The translations under genes were made by a program, and so were the position numbers. The notes under the pieces were generated by a model, which saw nothing but the letters and a program-made list of their open reading frames with translations, did not search any database and had not been told where the DNA came from. A stretch of DNA of 64,000 nucleotides. It comes from Rhizophagus irregularis (Eukaryota). Positions 48,696 to 63,400 of this stretch are shown here, in pieces. How positions within the stretch are numbered: position 1 is the stretch's first letter; each line of letters opens with the position of its first letter. The stretch covers positions 2,170,001 through 2,234,000 of the forward strand of contig NC_089435.1 in the NCBI RefSeq assembly GCF_026210795.1, given 5' to 3'.

Positions 48696-51600
48696 CTAAA
48701 CGCTCTTCACTCTCATTCTAAAAAAAAAAAAAATTATTATTATAAACTTGTTCCATTCTTTTAAAAATGTATTCCTTATACATACCTGTAAGTCATAGTT
48801 AAATCACCAGAAAATTTCCATATATGAGATTTAATAGTAGCCAATGTCATAGTAGGAGATAACACCTAAATTGTAGTCAAAAACATAAAAGATATTAATA
48901 CTTATTCTAATATACGATACTTTTCTTTCATTTAAAATAAAAATTACCTGATCCTGGCAAATTAATTCTAACCATAATTCAGGTTTCATAGCGTTATTTC
49001 TTTCTTCTTCAGCTTTAGTAGCAATTTGCCCTGTATTATTTGCTTCCTGATCATTATTATTCGCTTCATTACTATCATTTAAAGATTTTTCGAGATATTC
49101 ACTAGTAGCAGCCGATTCTGTTACCGAATTACTATTATTTATAGGTGAAGTTGACGGTTGATCTAATTCTAATTTTTCTACTATGTATGCTAATATTTTC
49201 CTTGTTCTCAACATTCTATTTGCTGTTAATCGAGCATTGCCATTTGGTAATTCGTCTAACTCCGAACCTTCATGTGGCTTCAATATAAAGCTAATTTTTA
49301 TGGGCTCTTTAGCCGGTATTTTATTCTACATAACAAAAAAATTGAGTGTTAATAATTTAAACAAAATCTCCCCTAAATCTCTCTCTCCTCACCTACCTTA
49401 ATGAGAAATTCGATTAACCAAGTAGGAGCCTTTTGTTCGATAATCTCAGCATCTCTTTCCATATCTTCAACAGTACCTCTATATAAATCAACACTAGTAG
49501 AAGCTTCATGACTTTCTTCGCTTATTATCACGGTAGTATGTTGTGGTAATTGTAATTCAGGAGTTTCATTAGCCGGGTATGTGACAAATGGTGGCTGTAT
49601 TAATGGATGCATTTGTCTTATTGGATAATAATGATGTGGATGATGTGGATGATGATATAGTGTTGGTGTTGGTATATTTTGTGATGATGATAAACTTGCT
49701 GTGGCTGTATCATCAATTGTTTGTTGTTTTTGAGTAATATTTTCTTCTTGAGATTGTCGTTGTTTCGCTTCATTACTGCCAGTAGTAGTCGAATTTTTTG
49801 AATTACTAGTAGTATTTCCTGTATTGCCTCCACCATTGTTACTAGTTTCTTCCGGCTTATTACTATCATTTCTAGAAATTTTACCACTCCTCAATGTATG
49901 TTTAAATTTATTCATAAAACTAATAGATACACTATTAGTAGTATTTTGATTAACAAATGCAGGTGGTGGTGGTTGTATAGTAGTAGTAACAACACTACTA
50001 CTAGCAGAAGTAGAAGCGCCAGTATTGTTTCCATTATTATTGTTATTTTCTCCTTCGGCAACTTTGTTACTGGGGTTACCAGGAGGAGTGGTTGGAGAAG
50101 TAGCGGGAGAATTTAAATGATGTGATCCACTAAAGTAATCAGATTGTTGTGAATTTGTTGTTGCAGGTGCAGTAAATGGACCAGTCGTAAATGCTGCTAA
50201 AGGTGTAGTTGGTGATTGTGGCAATGGTGGATTAATATTACCACTAATAGGATTAGGATTTGTTGTGGTTGGTGATGTACATGTTGATGATGTTGCTGCT
50301 TGTGGTGGTATATTTACATTTACTTGTGTTGTAAATAAACTATTACATTATTAGAAAGTAATATTAGTATTAATTAATTATCTTTATTTTCACAACCTCG
50401 TCACCTTCATACCTATTTCCCTGTCGTTGTTGTTGCATTAATTGTCGTTGTTGTTGTATTTCTTCATATGTTTGTATTTCTGCCTGAGTAAATTTTGCAA
50501 ATAAATATCTTAATACCCATCTGCCAAGATTAACTATTGCAAATAAGAGAAGAGTGGAAAGATCAGTAATTATAACAGAAATCGCAAAAATGAAACTAAT
50601 ATAAAAATTTAATTCTATTTACTCCTCTGATCATCTCGTATTTCTACATCATCTGATAGATCTGCTTCATCCGCATACATTTCTGCATCAAAACATTTAC
50701 TTTCATCTAAATGCACCGTTAACGCCTATTTAAATAAATAATGAAAAAGTTGGTAAATAAATTATATATTTACCAAACCACATTTATTACTTACACCAAT
50801 TCTTGTATCAACGGAACACCAATTTGGTATAGATTCGGTTGTATTGATTTCTTGAGCAATTTCATCAATATTACATTTACCATAGACTTTAACTCTAACA
50901 CATTTTATAATGTCCCATAAAGTAACTTCACCACTATTATCTAACGTAAGTATATTTCTACGATTATTCAGCATAACATATTTAATTAATCCATGTTGTC
51001 CTTTTATTATATGATCGGGTTTTTCTCGAACAGGTATTGGATCTTCATAATCTATATCAATGTAATGGTCATCCATCGCTACGCTATATATAGTTGCCAC
51101 TTCACTATCTGATGCTATTATTGGTGGCGATAATGATGTAGTATGAGTAGGTGAGGATGTTACGGCTGATGTTAATTTTATTAAAGATGACGATGGAATT
51201 TGTGACATATTTTGGGAAGATGTTAATGTAGATGTTGATGTTGGTGGTGACGACGATATTGAAATTTTTCTTCTATTTTTTCTCATTGGTATATCTTGCT
51301 ATAGAAATGCGAGAAAGTAATTAATTGAAATTTGAACTTAAGAGAAAATACCCAAAATTACGTTACTTACCCATCGCTTAATGCCTGAATCATAAGTTGC
51401 CGTCCATATATATTTATTATCAAAAGCAACAAGCTAAACAAATCAAGAAAAAAAACATTAAACTTTTTTTTTAAAAAAAAAAAGGTTTCCTTATTCCTCG
51501 TTTATTTACCTTGACAACTCCAGCATCTTCTTTGCAAACGGCAATACATTCTCCGTCACTGATTTCCTCACACTCACTATAATCTGTACGAGTAATCAGT

Positions 51601-52967
51601 CCATCTTTGCTCCCAGAATAAAATACTTCTAATCTGGGATGATCAGAATACAATGACCACACTGAATCTGAATGTATCGTAAATGTATTAATACATCTTT
51701 GTCTTGATAGTGACCACAATTTTATAGTGGTATCTGATGAGCCGCTTAATATTAATTCTCCATCGTCACTGATTAATAATGCTCGAATGTTATCTGTATG
51801 CCCTAATAATTTGGTTATTCTTTTACCAGATTTTGGATCCCATACTTTAATAACCTGCGATAAGAGGAGAATGAATGTCAAAAAATAATAAAAAATAAAA
51901 AAATAAAAATTTTAAATTACCTTCTCGGGCGACCCAGATACGAGAACTGATCCTGATGGATTACACGCCAGCGCGTATATCGAAGATTTAGGCGAATTTT
52001 CAGCTATTGTAACTAAAAATAAAAATAGAATAGAAAATTAAAATTGCCAGCTTTTTTCCTTTTTCCCTATAATCATCAACTAATTAAAATACCTATAGGT
52101 TGAAACTCTTTTTCCGAAAATCCTGCGAGACTACTAACACTTGATCCTGATGATGACAGCGGTCTACATTCTTTAACATCCCATAAAGCAATTTTTCTAT
52201 CAAATCCTCCGCTCGCTACCCATCCAGGTCCTGAAGCATATGCCAATGCTTTTATGTAATCTGTGTGATATCCTATTGTATGTGGCGCCGATGTTTTATG
52301 AGGATGCCATAATTTCATTGTTCTGTCTGATGAACATGATATCACTAAGAGAGAATAGAATTAATGTTAGAATTTTTTTAAAAAAAGAATCAAATAAGTA
52401 AAAAGGAGAATATAAATTTAAATAGAAATATTTACATGTTTCATTATTGTGACATAGTATTATATCATTTACCCAATCCGTATGACTCTGAAATGATTGT
52501 CGGAATGTTGATTTTGGTGTTGGTTGCTATAATTATTATTTATTTAATTTTTTTTAAAAAAAAAAATAAATAAATTTTTCGAAAAGGAAAATTTTAATTT
52601 ATTTATAATAAATTCCTACCGAACTTAATGCCTCTTCATCAATTTCCCAATTCTTTTCGTCATTAAATTTTTGTAAAGGTACGTCATCGTCATCATTCTC
52701 TTTCTTCTCACCTTTATCATCTTCAGCTTTATTAATACCATTCAAATTACTATATCTTGGCATAATTTGTTTCCTTAAAGGCAAATGTAAATCCCATGAA
52801 TTAATCACACCATCTCTTCCCGCACTATATAATATTCCTTCCGGTTTACCGGATGAGCTAAGTGTAGTGGTATCTAATGCTAAACTGTTTATACCTAGTA
52901 AATGACCGTGATCATCCTTATTGTGTGTTATTACGTAGCTTACTTTACGCTTTGCTGCCCTTCTCAT
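48696..52967 (-). CDS. WDR48: WD40-repeat protein WDR48/UAF1 (Duf1/Bun107-like deubiquitinase cofactor), multi-exon
   Basis: [70 protein letters not shown]-terminal [12 protein letters not shown] and [12 protein letters not shown]; last exon boundary less certain. Confidence 0.9.
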
Positions 52968-53720
52968 AATTAAATTCGAACATGTATTGTTCTTATATGT
53001 ATTAAAAAGATTGTTTTTACTTATTTGGTGATTTAATAGACTAAATAAATTAAGAATACTTAAATAAATTTAAAAATTTGATTATAAATTTATTATTGTA
53101 ATCAAATGTTTGATTTGTATTTTCATAAATTACATTAAATTAAATTAATCAATTTTTCAATTTATTTAATTAAAGTTACTTTTCTAGAAATTAAAAAAAA
53201 ATAACAATGATTCTTTATCTTGTCGTTTTTTAAAATGTTTTTATGAATTACAAAAATTTTAACTTTTTCTCTAAAATATTCAAACTTTGAAGAAAGCGGG
53301 AAATTTGATCCATAAAAAATTTTTTTTTGTGTCACAAAATGTTGTACTAACAAACGGTACGAAATTGTATTACATTACTTTTAAAGCACGTGAAAAGAAT
53401 TTCGGAAATTTCCGTATTTTTTTGACCAATTAGAAATATATAAAAAACGTGATGTAGTTTACACGAAGTTACAGTAGATTATCTCATTAAATCGTGAATG
53501 ATTACTTAGTTGTTTATTTTAACACGTTGTTTCTGATTCTTTTATACATCATCAACATTTTTCACGAAGTTTAATAACTGTACTTTTTTTTACATCGTCT
53601 TGAAAAAAATTTTTTATTTTCTCTTCTTTTGTGTAAGTTCTCGAATAAAACTCCTCCTCTTTATTACACCTCGTCTTACCTTGTCCATCTTTGTTTCTCT
53701 TTACTTAGTAGGCGAACAAT

Positions 53721-54344
53721 ATGAGTAATACACGAGGATCTATTAAAAAGTCAAATTCACGTTCAAGCTCTGAGAGCTCGAATAACTCTAATTTTGATGA
53801 GCAATACAGAGACGCGTCGCCAATCAGCACAACAACGACAGACTCATCAGATGATGATAATGGAACCGCACGCGATACTACGCCGACCACACCCACTACA
53901 CCCACTAAATGTTCTCCATTCAAAGCAAACAAAGAATTATCGCTGGTATCACAAATTCTAATAACATCACCTCATTTTCCGCTACCCTCACTACCCTCAG
54001 TAGCTGTATCTAAATCAACCTCACAACGAACAGCTTCTGACAATATAGAAGATTTTAATCATTTTCGTAAAATGAAAAAGCGTATCTATTGGACATCTTT
54101 GGAATTAGAAGCTTTGGAGAACGGTATGAAAGAGTTCGGCACTCAATGGGCTAGAATTTTGAGGTCGTATGGTGGAGATCATGGTCCTTTAAGAAACCGA
54201 AATGCCGTTCAGCTAAAGGATAAAGCGAGAAATGAGAAACTAAGAAGAATTAAGTCTAGACTAGATTTGGGTATATTCCATATGGCGACCGGTGGTGGTG
54301 AAGATATTACGGAAGACGAATTGGTGGAAGATTCAAATCTTTAG
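53721..54344 (+). CDS. Myb/telobox-domain protein (TRF/Tbf1-like), 207 aa
   Basis: WTSLELEALENGMKEFGTQWARIL...RNRNAVQLKDKARN telobox-type Myb motif after an S/T-rich disordered N-terminus. Confidence 0.8.
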   Translation: MSNTRGSIKKSNSRSSSESSNNSNFDEQYRDASPISTTTTDSSDDDNGTARDTTPTTPTTPTKCSPFKANKELSLVSQILITSPHFPLPSLPSVAVSKSTSQRTASDNIEDFNHFRKMKKRIYWTSLELEALENGMKEFGTQWARILRSYGGDHGPLRNRNAVQLKDKARNEKLRRIKSRLDLGIFHMATGGGEDITEDELVEDSNL

Positions 54345-56072
54345 ATCTTCTTTATCTTACTGTGATTGAATATTTGTTTTTTTTTAAGACTTGTATTTTT
54401 TATAAATTTTAAATTTTATTGTCTTTATCGGGCAATTTTTTTATATAGGCTAGTTTTTTTGCACTAATATGAAATTTTTTGAAAAAATTTTGGTTGGTTA
54501 GAGTTAGAAAATAGCGTATCCAAAAAACAACATTTCTTTTTAATTGTCATGTTTGAATTCTTTTCTCTAAAAATCAAGTTATTCGCAATAAAAGTTCTTA
54601 TTCGAATTATGAATGAATATATTTGGTCCGGATTACTTACAATTTAGTTATGATGATAAACGAATTTTTCCTAAGATAGTTAAATTTGTTATTCGTTAAA
54701 CATCTCACAGCGTACCTACATACAACTCATATTAAAGGTAAGATTTGATATAATCGATTGGATACTGCTACATCAACACGAAAAATTTAAAAATTTATCT
54801 GATTAATTTTGAACTATAAAATTCCATTATTTGTGTCCGATTGTCGGTATTGTCGGTATTAGAAGAAATGCCCATTATAGTTATCTTCGATTAGTTCAAA
54901 TTATTATTATGATAATATATGAACTTTTGTTGTGCGCTTTATACCTTGTGCACATGTATTATCAAGAAAATTAAGGAGTGAACATTGAATTCCAGATAAG
55001 ATCTTGTATCCTATTCTCAGAAAATTCTCTTCCTTATCGTAAGCATGACAAACTGACGATTAGTCTTGAAGAGTTGAATGGAAACTTGTGCTTCCGATAT
55101 CATAAAATCAAATTAATGTTTGCCGAGAAGGTGAAGATAGTACTAGTCCTAAAACATTGGACAATGAATTGTACAAGATAGTCAAAGGTATTTATTACTT
55201 AGTCTGATTAACTTCCTTATTTATATACTTTCGATTCCTAACATAATTTTTTTAAATAAAAGCACTTTCCTTAAGAGTTTAATGTGAAACTGGAATAGTT
55301 GAAAGTTAATTTATAATGTTTAAGCGGTTTTCTAGAATAATTGTTTAAATCTGTTATAGAAACACTTTATTATCCGCTAAATCCACTAACTCGCTGCTAG
55401 AAGGAGTAATCACTGAAAGAATCGAAACCTTTTTGCCAAGTTCTTAGTAACTACTCCTGGTTATAAAATTTTATTGCTAACTTGGGTAAGTTTGTCATCA
55501 AGAAGAATTGTTGATATAATTCAACATTATATTACCGCTCATTTGTGTTAATCGTTATTAATGAAAGTATGAGTCTTCTGACCAGAATTTCCAGGTAACA
55601 AGATAATAATAAGATTTTTAAAAAGTTCGTAAACGATTATTTAGTTAGTTACCAATCAATGTTCGCTATCATGACATCATCTCAAGCTACGTAGGATTTT
55701 AGACGATAATATTTAATCTCTCGTGGACAGATTGATGACCTACCCGAATATCGTGAATTTGTAAAGAATTGCCAGAGACTTAAGCTTATTTTATGATAAA
55801 ACCAAAATTTTAAATTTGTTCAATGGTATTTCAATCTTTTTTTTCGTTTAACCATTTGTACGACAAAGTACTATCCAATTTAAGATAATTATTTTAATTA
55901 TATAACATAAAAGAAAAAAGGATTTCTATTTTAGGAGTTTATTGATTATTTAATTCATATGATAAAGAAAGGATCTTCTAATTGAAAATTTACTTATAAA
56001 CGGGCTTTATAATTATCCCATGCATCCGTTATCATTTTGCTACGAATATTATAGCTCATTTAAAAATTAGTG

Positions 56073-57414
56073 ATGTCTGAAGAAAAAGTTACTACTGATA
56101 TTATTACTTTAACTCGTCACGTTCTCGACGAACAGCGCAGACATAAAGAAGCTAGTGGTGACTTGACTTTATTATTAAATGCTGTTCAGCTTGGATGTAA
56201 ATTCGTAGCAACTAATGTTAGAAAAGCTCGCTTATTAAACTTGTAAGTCTCGAATTTTGTCATTAATGTAGTTCTATTTAATTCAATTAAAAAAATTAAT
56301 TTGATATTATCACTCACTGAGAAGCTCTTTTTAAAAAATTAGAGTTGGACTTGCCGGTGGTGCAGTTAATATTTCAGGAGATGAACAAAAAAAACTCGAC
56401 GTCATTTCCAATGAAATTTTTATTAATGCACTTCGTTCATCAGGGAAAGTAGCTGTAATGGTTTCCGAAGAAGATGATGAAGCTATTATCGTTGAAGATG
56501 AGATGAAAGGAAAATATTGTGTCGTTTTTGATCCATTGGATGGTTCTTCTAACATTGATGCTGGTGTTAATGTTGGTACTATATTTGGTATCTATAAAAT
56601 TGTAAGTGTAATATATTATATTTATAAGAGAATTTTATATTTTCGAGACAAAAAAACTGTCTCTTATTTAAAAACCTTCATTTTTAGAAAGATGGATCTA
56701 ATGGAACAATTTCGGATGTCTTGAGACCTGGTCGTGAAATGGTCGTTGCTGGTTATTGTATGTATGGTAGTTCTGCTAATATGGTCATCTCAGTTGGTAA
56801 TGGAGTAGATGGATATACTCTTGATAACGTAAGTTTACCTTCTTGAGGAGCTTGTTAATTAAAACATTCAAACACACACTAAAATTTTCTAAAACTATTT
56901 TAGGCCATTGGAGAATTTATTCTCACTCATCCTAACGTAAGTATCGGGATCTATTATCTTCAAAATTTTCCAAAAGCTAACTAACTATTCCTTTATTTTT
57001 TAGATTAAAATCCCAACACGTGGAAAGATATATTCAGTTAATGAAGGAAATGCTAAATATTGGGATGAATCATGCACGGAATATTTTAATTCATTGAAAT
57101 TTCCTCCTGAAGGTAAGAATCCATATTCAGCGAGGTATATTGGATCAATGGTAGCAGATGTACATCGTACATTATTGTATGGTGGTATATTCGCGTATCC
57201 CGCTGATAAAAAATCTAAAAACGGCAAGTTAAGAATGTTATATGAATGTTTTCCTATGGCTTTCCTTACTGAGCAAGCTGGTGGTAGAGCTATTACTGGC
57301 AAAGAAAGAGTATTGGATATTACTCCTCAGAAGATTCACGATAGATGTCCTATTTTTTTGGGTAGTAAAGACGACGTTGAAGATATAGAAAATATCTATA
57401 AAAAACAGTGCTAA
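56073..57414 (+). CDS. FBP1: Fructose-1,6-bisphosphatase class 1, 5 exons
   Basis: Exons 56073-56242, 56343-56601, 56688-56828, 56904-56936, 57004-57414; motifs [55 protein letters not shown]. Confidence 0.97.
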
Positions 57415-57649
57415 AGGGGATAAATTAAGAAGAAATCGAAAAGTATTTAATTCTACATTAGATAAATAAAGAATTTGTATTTACAAATTATAAATATAAA
57501 CTTTAATACGATTAGTTAACTTCCTTTCAAATGATAATTCTGTAAAATTTACAAACTCAGTAAATTAAACCTTAAAATTATAATTTTTTTTAATTCAATA
57601 AAATAATGACATCAAACCAGAACTCGTATAATGTGTTTAAGGAAGAAAT

Positions 57650-60600
57650 AAAAAAAAAGATTTGGATTTTAATGAACTTTAACTTGTTGAATAATAATAA
57701 TAGTTATATATAAATTAAATTCACAAACTTATAAGTGTATTTATTTTTATGAACTAATACACTAGTTGGTTTACTGATTTATCAATACTAAATAGTTAGT
57801 TTGTTAATGTATTTTCTTAAATTGTATTGTTTTTTTATATTTTTAAGTAAAACATAAAAATAAAGTTAAATTTGTTTATAATATATATATATATATTTGT
57901 TTTGAAAATATTTTTCTTTAAATGTTTTTTTTTTTGATTTATAAAAGTTAAAAAATTTATAAAATATTTCAACTTTACTAAATCACACCATTGGTGCTCA
58001 ATACCATAGTATGCATTTTCATGAAAACTATAGCTTAAACTGAAGAAATCACTCTAATTAAAATTGTTCAGCACCTTTAAAAATAATTAAAAAGTTTACT
58101 TAATACTTTTTTTTTTAATATCACAAAAAAATTGAAAAACTAAAAAAAATAATTAATTTCTTAAAATATTCAAATAATAATAATAATAATTTAATAAAAA
58201 AATAAATTAAATTAAAATAAATTAATTTTAAAATAATATTAAAATAAATATATAAATAATTCATTTTATATTAAACTGTAGAGTATATATTTCAGCATTA
58301 AATATTGCAATATAAATTATATTTTATTAATAGAAATATCTTAATTAGACTATTAATAATATAAAATAAAAAAATTATATAATAAATAAAAAAATAATTA
58401 ATACATATAACTGTAATATTAAATAACAGTGGTATGATTTATAATTTTTGAAATATTTAATACTAATTGAATTTAATAATATTAATAAATATTTTTTTTT
58501 AATTATTTTATTAAAAGTTAAATAATTTATATAATTAAAAAAATTTGTAAAATTTACCTATATAAATAAATTCCAAATTATGTAATATAATCTTACTTTC
58601 AGTTTATCATATAATATTAAATAAAATAGAAAATTTGCTTTTTATAAAAAGTAAAATTTATATAACAATTATATAATTTTAGTTAGTATTATAGATTTAT
58701 AGTCAATTTAATGCAAAATAACAGGTTATTTAATTAATAAGAAAAATTTTTTTCTTATTTGATTTTAAAAATATAATATATTATTTTTAATATAAATATA
58801 AATTCAATATTTACTATATATATTTAATCTTTCCTTAAGAATATTAATAATTTGCTAAAAAAAAGACTTTAATTTCTTTTAATTTTACTATTTTTTTAAA
58901 AAAAACTACAGTATCACAGGTCAAAATGCTAAAAATCAGCAAAAAAAATGGCATGAAAAGCAGTGGCTATTCAGGACCCCAAAAAATATATATGGAAGTC
59001 ATAAATGATCGGCAAGATTTTGGCCTAAAATAAGCAATTTTTCAGGGCTGGAATTATGATAATGCTAGCCAGTATCAAAACGAACAATAAAATTTAGGCC
59101 AGCACTATCTAAAAAAGGCAAGATTTTCATGAAAATTTAGGTTCTTTTTAAGCAAACTCAAATGTGACCTTTTTATGTATTTTTCGGGATCCTGGCTATT
59201 CTTGGCTGTTTTTGGCTATTTGCGAATTAATCTATACTATTTGTAAATAGTTTATACAAATTTGTGAATAGTTTATGCAATTTGCACCATTTTTTTGCCT
59301 GTTTTTGGTCATTTGACGTGTTTATATTTATAGATTTATTAAAGTAGTAAGATAGAAATTATATAAAATACAAAAAACTATATATTATTTTGATATAAAT
59401 CACTTATTATTTATTTAAAAAACCTTATATATATACTGTTAATCATTTTAGTTCTATAAGTATAACATATATAAAATGAATATTTTAGTATAAATATTTT
59501 ATATTTTACATTTAGTAGACTATAAGATCCACTTAATTTTACTATAAATAATAGGATAAATTTAGATTTTTCTTTCATATGTGATATTTAAATCCTTTAT
59601 TTTAAAAAAGAATATTTTATATACTGATCATTAATTCTGGCCAAAATTAAATATATCATATAATTTAATAAAAAAAAAACTTTGGAAAAAAAGTTTTACT
59701 AAAAGTTGCAGAATAAAGAAAAATACATATATTAAATATTTTTAAAAAAGTTTATTTATATATTAAGAATTTCTTTTTTATTACAAGATGTAAAATTTTA
59801 ACATTATATAAGGGTAAGATATATATTTTTCCTAAATAATATATATAAAAAATTCTTTAATTTTGGGCAGATCATCATATAATTTTGCAGCCAAATTGAT
59901 TTACATTTTAACCATAAATTGTATGAGTTAGATATGCAGTTGATTATTAAAATTGAATAAGAAATTAACCACAAAATAGTATCAGAATTTTTATATAATA
60001 AAATCTAAACTTTTTTTACCATATTTTTTCTCTATTTGAATATTTATTATAACTTTTTTTTTCATTATAAAAATTTTGCATTTTAATAAACAAAATAAAG
60101 ATAAAAAATTAATTTTATGTATATATATATAATTAAAATGCATAATAAAATTTTTATTAAAGTTCTATATAAAGTCAAAATCCTACTTTTAAACATCAAA
60201 AATCATATTAATAAAAGTTGTTTCTCAATTTTCATACCAAATTCTATATATTCTATTAAGCTTTTATATAGCTATAATTAATTATATTTTAAAATACAAC
60301 TTTTGATGACCAGTAGAAAATTTTAGATTTTCTAATAAATAATTAATAAATGATAATAATTGCTGTACTAAAAATGTTAGCCTTAATTATTTTTTAAAAA
60401 ATTTTAAATTACGGCTATAAGATTTTTATAGTTTTAATTACGGTATATAAAAATTTTGTGTTACAGCCTTTTTTTGAATTACGGCTAACATCTTTATACT
60501 GTACAATATATAATTTAAACTATTTTGGAATAAAATTTTATTAAAATTGCTTTATGTTTCATAAAATTAGATGAGAGCTAAAATTTGGTAAAATTGCAGG

Positions 60601-62150
60601 CAAATTTACCTGCAATTGCTTACAGTTTAAAAAATAATATGATAAAAATGTAAAAAATGAATAGTAAGAATACAAAAACCTTTATTTTAGGAATAAATAA
60701 ATTTTATTTAAATAATAATAATCTTTTTACCTTAAAATATCAAATAATTCTGTTAGAAGTATTTTAAAAAGTTTTAAAGTTAATACATATAAAAATTAAG
60801 AAAAGAAGCAAGAAAATGAAAAGTAAGAAAAGTAAAATTAAATAAGTTTTCTTAGAAATGCTGTTATTCTTATTAATAAATTAATACAAAACATATCATA
60901 AAATACATAATAAATAGTATAATTTTTTATTTTATTTAGTATTATAAAATTTTTTATAATATTAGCCTGTTAATAATTAAAGGACTGAAAACTTTAATAC
61001 TTTAATAGATTAATTAGAGTTATTAGAAAACTTTTATCTCAAATAATTATATAAAAATATATTGAATATTTAGTAAAGAAAATAAAATAATGTAGAATCA
61101 TATATATAATATAAAATATAATTGATAAAATTAAACTATCTTAAATTATATTATTGGAAACAAGTACTTTAATATAAAATTTGACTTCTGATTTTCTTTT
61201 TTTAACTGAGTAAATCCTAATACTATTTATAGTAAAAGTTATAAAAAATAATAAAGAAATTAAATAAAATAAGTATAATAATAATTTAGCAATAAATAAA
61301 AATTAATAAAATAAAAAAATTAAATAAAATAAAAAAATTAAATAAAATAAAAAATTAAAAAAATGAAGAAAATCAAAAAAATTGAGATCTACACAAATTA
61401 TTGTATAATAAATTGTATATTAAATAATAAAACTCATTAAATTTATATTAGTACTAATATATTATATTAATAGAATAATATTTATTATTTATAATATTTT
61501 TTTTTTTGTTATTTATAATTATTTCATAAAATTTAATTATGAAAATTTTTTTGTAATGGCTTTTATTTTTCTTTAATAATTGTGAAACTTCATTATAACT
61601 GTTAAATAATTATATAATTATAGAATTTTGCTATAAATTAAATCAGTCTTAAATCACTTCCTTAAAATTTATATTTTACATCAATCATTTTTTTTCTTTA
61701 AAAAAAAAATTATTTATATTATCACTTTATATAGATTTTATTTATTTGGATATTATAGAATATAATAACCAAGTTTTTTACATTCTTGATAATGTTTCTT
61801 GTTTTTGATTGTAACCATAATTTACAAAATTATATAATTATATAAAATTTACTAATAGGTTAAATCACCCAGATTAAAACACCCTGAATTAAAAATTAGT
61901 CTTATACATAATTATAAATTGTTTATTAATATTTAATATGCAAATTTAAGTATACAGTATGAAGTAACTAAAATTATTAAATGTATAATGCCTTTTTATC
62001 TTCCAACTTTTTATCTTTTGTTACTTTATTTTAGCAAATGAATTTACTATTATTTTAACCTTTTCATTTCCAATATCAAATATTGATTAATTGCTATATC
62101 ACTTTCTGATTATTCAGTAATATTAATTTCATATATTTCTCAAAATATTC
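57650..62150. other. Extremely AT-rich, CpG-depleted non-coding block, probably decayed repeats
   Basis: No ORF of 60 aa or more; CG dinucleotides nearly absent except in small patches (~59000-59320, ~60410-60490). Confidence 0.6.
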
Positions 62151-63057
62151 CTTTAACTTACTTCTTACCAAGTATATGAGAAAAAAACCCTGTCAATCCA
62201 TACCAGACAAGTCTGTGCGACATATTAGTTTCGCGTATAATCGAAATGAAGTTACCAGTACCTCTATTTTTTTCCCGAATAAATGTGAGAAAAGGTGAAA
62301 AATGCTTAGTTATGGTACAGGGGTTGCCACATAAGTAAAATAATGACAACAAAAGTATATGTTATGAAGGGCCGAGAACTTTGTAATTTCGAGATCTACA
62401 AGAGTTAACTGTCTTTGCGTCTTGCAGGGTAGATCTTCATGTGAAGAGGTATGAAATTTCCATACTCGTGTGCTTTCAAAGCTTTCTTGACATCATACGA
62501 TAATGTTAATCACTTATCTCCTTATCTTTTTCCCTAGCAAGATATAAAGCACGTAGGTAGGTGTATGTGGAAGATCAGCCAACTTTCCCACAAAAAACCT
62601 TCTCACAAAAAAATTACCAAGGATAGGTATGTATATGCCAGAAATCATGTTTATATGCAAACGAGTTTTTCTCACTATGGGCTCTTGTATTTAGGAAAGC
62701 AAGATGCCTTCCCCCTCCACTCTAGCTGACAGGTTAAAAGAATATGAAACGGAAAGTTTTATCAATTTTTTACGGGAAGATTCCAAATTAAGACACAGAA
62801 CTTGGTGATAAATTTTTTACGAGGCTTTGAGAAGGAAAACATCACCGGACATTTATTTCTTAACCAGACAGGAATGGAGTAAAAATGAAACTTGAAGGAG
62901 CTGTGCGAGTAATTTATAATGTTATAACTGAATTCTAATGCGCGTTGTTCTTACGGTCATTATCTTTGGTAACAGATGATCGATGACAAACAAATTTAGC
63001 GGATTATCTTCCCCCAATAAATAGAATTTTTTATTCGCATCATGTAACAATTGTAAC

Positions 63058-63400
63058 ATGTTAGTTGTTGTTTCGGCAACGTTATATTATGATATTGATG
63101 TTGCAGAAATGAGTGGGAATAAAGCTAACAGGGAGTTAGTTCGTTTTTATTTTCAGTTTGGAAAAGCTCTATCAAAGCGACTCGCTATACTTTTGCAAAG
63201 CAATCCGCATACAAGGCTGAACAAAGAAGTCAAGGAGGAAAATATAAATGGAGCTATACGCAAGAGAAAAGAAAAATTTATGACATCTTTAACGTGATAG
63301 GGGAAGATAAGATTCATCGTATCAAATCCTTTACTGCATCCAGCTTTTCAGATCTAATAAGAAGTGAGGTCGCACTATATTATAAAAAATTTCGAGATTA
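63058..63400 (+). pseudogene. Degenerate fragment of a Glomeromycota multicopy hypothetical family
   Basis: ANRELVRFYFQFGKALSKRL...; after a frameshift, IGEDKIHRIKSFTASSFSDL; resembles a recalled expanded family, not verified. Confidence 0.4.

Noticed and set aside
18412..57414. Lipid-to-sugar metabolic gene cluster (ACSL + FBP1)
   Set aside because: The genes are over 20 kb apart with unrelated genes between; proximity is probably coincidental
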